This document shows positions 59,701 to 62,439 of a DNA stretch of 62,439 bases, piece after piece. Every line of letters begins with the position of its first letter. Positions within the stretch are counted from its first letter, which is position 1. Source of the stretch: Mayamaea pseudoterrestris (taxonomy: Eukaryota). The notes beneath the pieces were generated by a model. The model was given only the letters and a program-made list of their open reading frames with translations, made no database searches and had not been told where the DNA came from. Where the stretch lies: assembly GCA_027923505.1 (NCBI GenBank), contig BROI01000035.1:186001-248439 (forward strand), given 5' to 3'. Both the position numbers and the translations under genes were made by a program.

Positions 59701-61799
59701 TGCAATCGAGGGTCGCTGTTCGCTTCATCGCGCTCATTGGCTTAAAACAAGGAGGCACACGCGTGGTGAGGAACTAGAAATATTCATAATGGAACAAACC
59801 CTACAAGAAGCAACGTACCTAAACGCTCCGCGTTTTCTTTGCCTCCTCGATACCGCAAAAACAAGCATTGTCTTTGCCGGGGTCCATTGCACGGCTGAAA
59901 AATGGGGCATGAACTTGCTGCCTCGCCTCGACGCAATCGCGAGCTGCTGCTAATGTCCTTGTTTAATTGATTCATTTCCTCTCTACCTTCTCGTTTCTGT
60001 TTTAAAGCTCTTCTTTGTCTATTGAATGTAAGTTAAAGATTGCTTGAGCGACACTAATCTTCACACTCTCCCAATCATAATTTACCCTTTTCAAGAGCGC
60101 CGAGTTTGCCGCCAAGATCGAAGATCCTTTTGCCGAACATCTTCGTCGCGCTGGACCCGATGCTTGTGCTTCTTCAGGTCAGACTCATTCGTTTAAATCC
60201 TCCCTTGCGAAAAGAAGTTTTGCATATCTTCTTGCGAAATTTCAGCCAGCTGCTCGGTGTCGACCGACTGACTCCCTGCCGTGAGCGACTGACGGAACGA
60301 CGTGTTGATTTGCTGCGACTGCGTGTATTGTAAGCTGGAAATTGTCGGGGGCTTGCCCTCCTTGGACGAGGCGCTGTCGCAGATGCTGCTCGTCGTCTCC
60401 TTTTTCGAACTCAGTTTGCCACGTCGACTTCCGTCGCTTTTGTGGGGCTGTCAATTTGTCTTGAGCTCTTGAATTTCGCTTTCTAAGCTCTTGCTTTGCA
60501 GTTTTCCTTCCAACGCTGTTGTCAGTCTGCCAGCATTATGGAAAGGTCGTCGAGCGTGTGCGTTCCCCGACGTGTCAGTGTCGACCATCTTCTGTTGGCG
60601 ATCCGGTGCAGCCTTATCTGGTCGACCATGCCTTGCGCATCTTTGAAACTCCGTTTGAATTCGTCGATCTTATCGACAATGCCTTCGTGGTAGTCAATAT
60701 CTTTTCCGTCGTTTCAATTTCCTTGCCAACGTTAATTCTGGCGTTGGCCAGTCTTCCTCCGCCTCTTTTCTCGCGAAGTTCCGGCGGTATTACGGCCGTC
60801 TTGGGTACTATCGGGGCCAGCAAGAGTGATTTTAATATGCCCTTTTGCTCCAACCAAGTCCTTTTCCTTTTTGCGAAAGGCGTCGAAAGCCGGTGTACCG
60901 AGTGCTGCGCGTCAGCATCAATGGATGGCATAGGTAAGGAAAGAGATGCGAAATTACCGGTGGCATGAGTAGGCGTTAACCGATCAAAAATGTCGTCGAA
61001 TTTCTTTTTGAGAACAGCACCCTCCTGCAACGGCCAGGACCTTCCTCCTGGTGACAAAACAAAACATTGTCTAGAATGGCCTTTGAAATACCGAGCAGGG
61101 CTGGCAGCGTCGAATCAAGCTCAGAACATTTGTGGGAGACAGATTGCTGCGTGTACCAGTGACTGCATCCGACGTACGGATGACTCCATCCGGCTGCTTG
61201 GATGAGGTGTCGTTTTGTTCGCGTGAGTTTCCATCGAGCGAATGACAACCGTTGGTTTGGCCCGTCCGCGTATGTTGAAACGCAGCTTGACAGTCGCCTT
61301 GGATTGTTTGCTTCCGCTGGCGAGGATCTGTATGGGTATTGTATAAATGTAATGATTGTCGGTACCGCAGGTGAGAGAGTGAGATGGTACAAGCTATAAA
61401 GCAAGGAAATGTCACCACCACTGACTCACTATGAACAAGGGAGCTTGACCAGCCTTGCTGCCAGCGGGCTCAATGTTGTACGCCGCGGCCATTCAATAGT
61501 GGTGGTCTTGCCGCAACCGTTTCTAAAATGAAAGGAAGTGCCGTCATGTTGAGTTGAAACTGAATCGAGGAGAAGGAGACACTCACCACCCATTCACCCT
61601 TCTCGTAGTATGAAAAACTTACTGCCCGACAATATCGTGAAGCGGAGTAAATTCGACAATCTGAAGAGTAGAGCACAGGAAACCTGAGTCTGCCGGTAGT
61701 AGCTTCATGTACCGATATCAATTCTCAGGCGCACCTGCTCTCGTCCTCGGGCGAACGCTCCGGACGCCTCGAATGCTGAGTTTGGCGGAGAGACGACAT
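56767..61799 (-). pseudogene. RAD50: DNA repair protein RAD50, multiply frameshifted in this sequence
   Basis: N-terminus MSSL..KLSIRGVRS, GISKAILDNVLFCHQEE, WPLQEGAVLKKKFDDIF, Zn hook CPCC, EINKSIRELWLMTYKGEDI...SYNYRVVM and [13 protein letters not shown]; stop at 56767-56769. Confidence 0.9.
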
Positions 61800-62439
61800 T
61801 TTGTCTCTTCCTTTTCGTGAGTATTTTATGTAGTGTAGTAGCGGTCAATGGCTTTGCTTGTATATGATTTACGGTAGATTAGTCAAGGGCAAAGGTTTCG
61901 CGACGGATATCATTCGGTGGTTGATTTTGTGTTGCGATGCGATCACGCCGGATCTTCGCGCCAAAACGGATCTTTCCGACTTGCGACTACCGGTACCGTC
62001 TGATTGCGAAGAACGTCTCGGCGAGTCGACTGCTGATTGGGGGGCCACTTTTCTCAAGCTATAGCTGTCGTATGAAAGATATAATTAGCGCAAACGGAGC
62101 GTAATAACATAAACCTTCGATTAGTGGTAGTAGTATCTTGTTTGGTTTTGTAGTTCCCGCGTAAAGTGGCGCTCAGAACTCGTTGCTGCGGCGTTGGCGA
62201 ATGTGCACGCCGGCCCGCCCTGTACAAATCCTACCAGGCCCTTGCCCTGGTAAACTCTACGGGACCCTCCGCCACCGTTTTTGGTCACACACCATTACTA
62301 CGCGAATATTACACGGCCTCATGAGCGCATTGTTTACCTTTAAAAATGTCCTACCGGCTCTGTTACGTTCATCTCAATCAGACGGTATGTACCGGTATAC
62401 AATGCAGCTCCTTGCGCGCCACAGTATATGCCGCTAGTG

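Noticed and set aside
62183..62439. Gene start or helitron end at the window edge
   Set aside because: There is too little sequence, and no supporting hairpin or protein motif.

Overview
This window is compact eukaryotic nuclear DNA, most likely from a diatom. The evidence is short GT-AG introns, dense housekeeping genes and a diatom-type (CoDi-like) Ty1/copia element. Recognisable genes, in order, are: a GT-B-like glycosyltransferase cut by the window edge, FUN14, a family-16 lysine methyltransferase, a PPR protein, a POR-like SDR, ANKZF1/Vms1, a conserved uncharacterised protein, RPS17, a SAM methyltransferase, Rab1, COG2, gamma-glutamyltranspeptidase, a TPX2-like-repeat/PIG-B fusion ORF, NAT9, a TLC-domain gene, a patatin TAG lipase and RAD50. 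Three large unrecognised membrane proteins are also present, two with internal repeats. A 6169-bp tandem duplication (27444-33612 / 33613-39781) copies the methyltransferase and Rab1 whole and leaves the first COG2 copy truncated. The most striking object is the copia element (48451-53652). It has no tRNA-type primer-binding site. Instead, the site at the inner edge of its 5' LTR is a perfect 15-nt complement of a segment inside the LTR that begins at an initiator-like TCACT, which is the geometry of Tf1-type self-priming. Its LTRs are identical for 158 bp but have unrelated U5 ends and no target-site duplication. Host genes from about 48.3 kb onward are heavily frameshifted, probably from unpolished assembly. 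All calls come from reading the sequence and recognising motifs; no searches were run.
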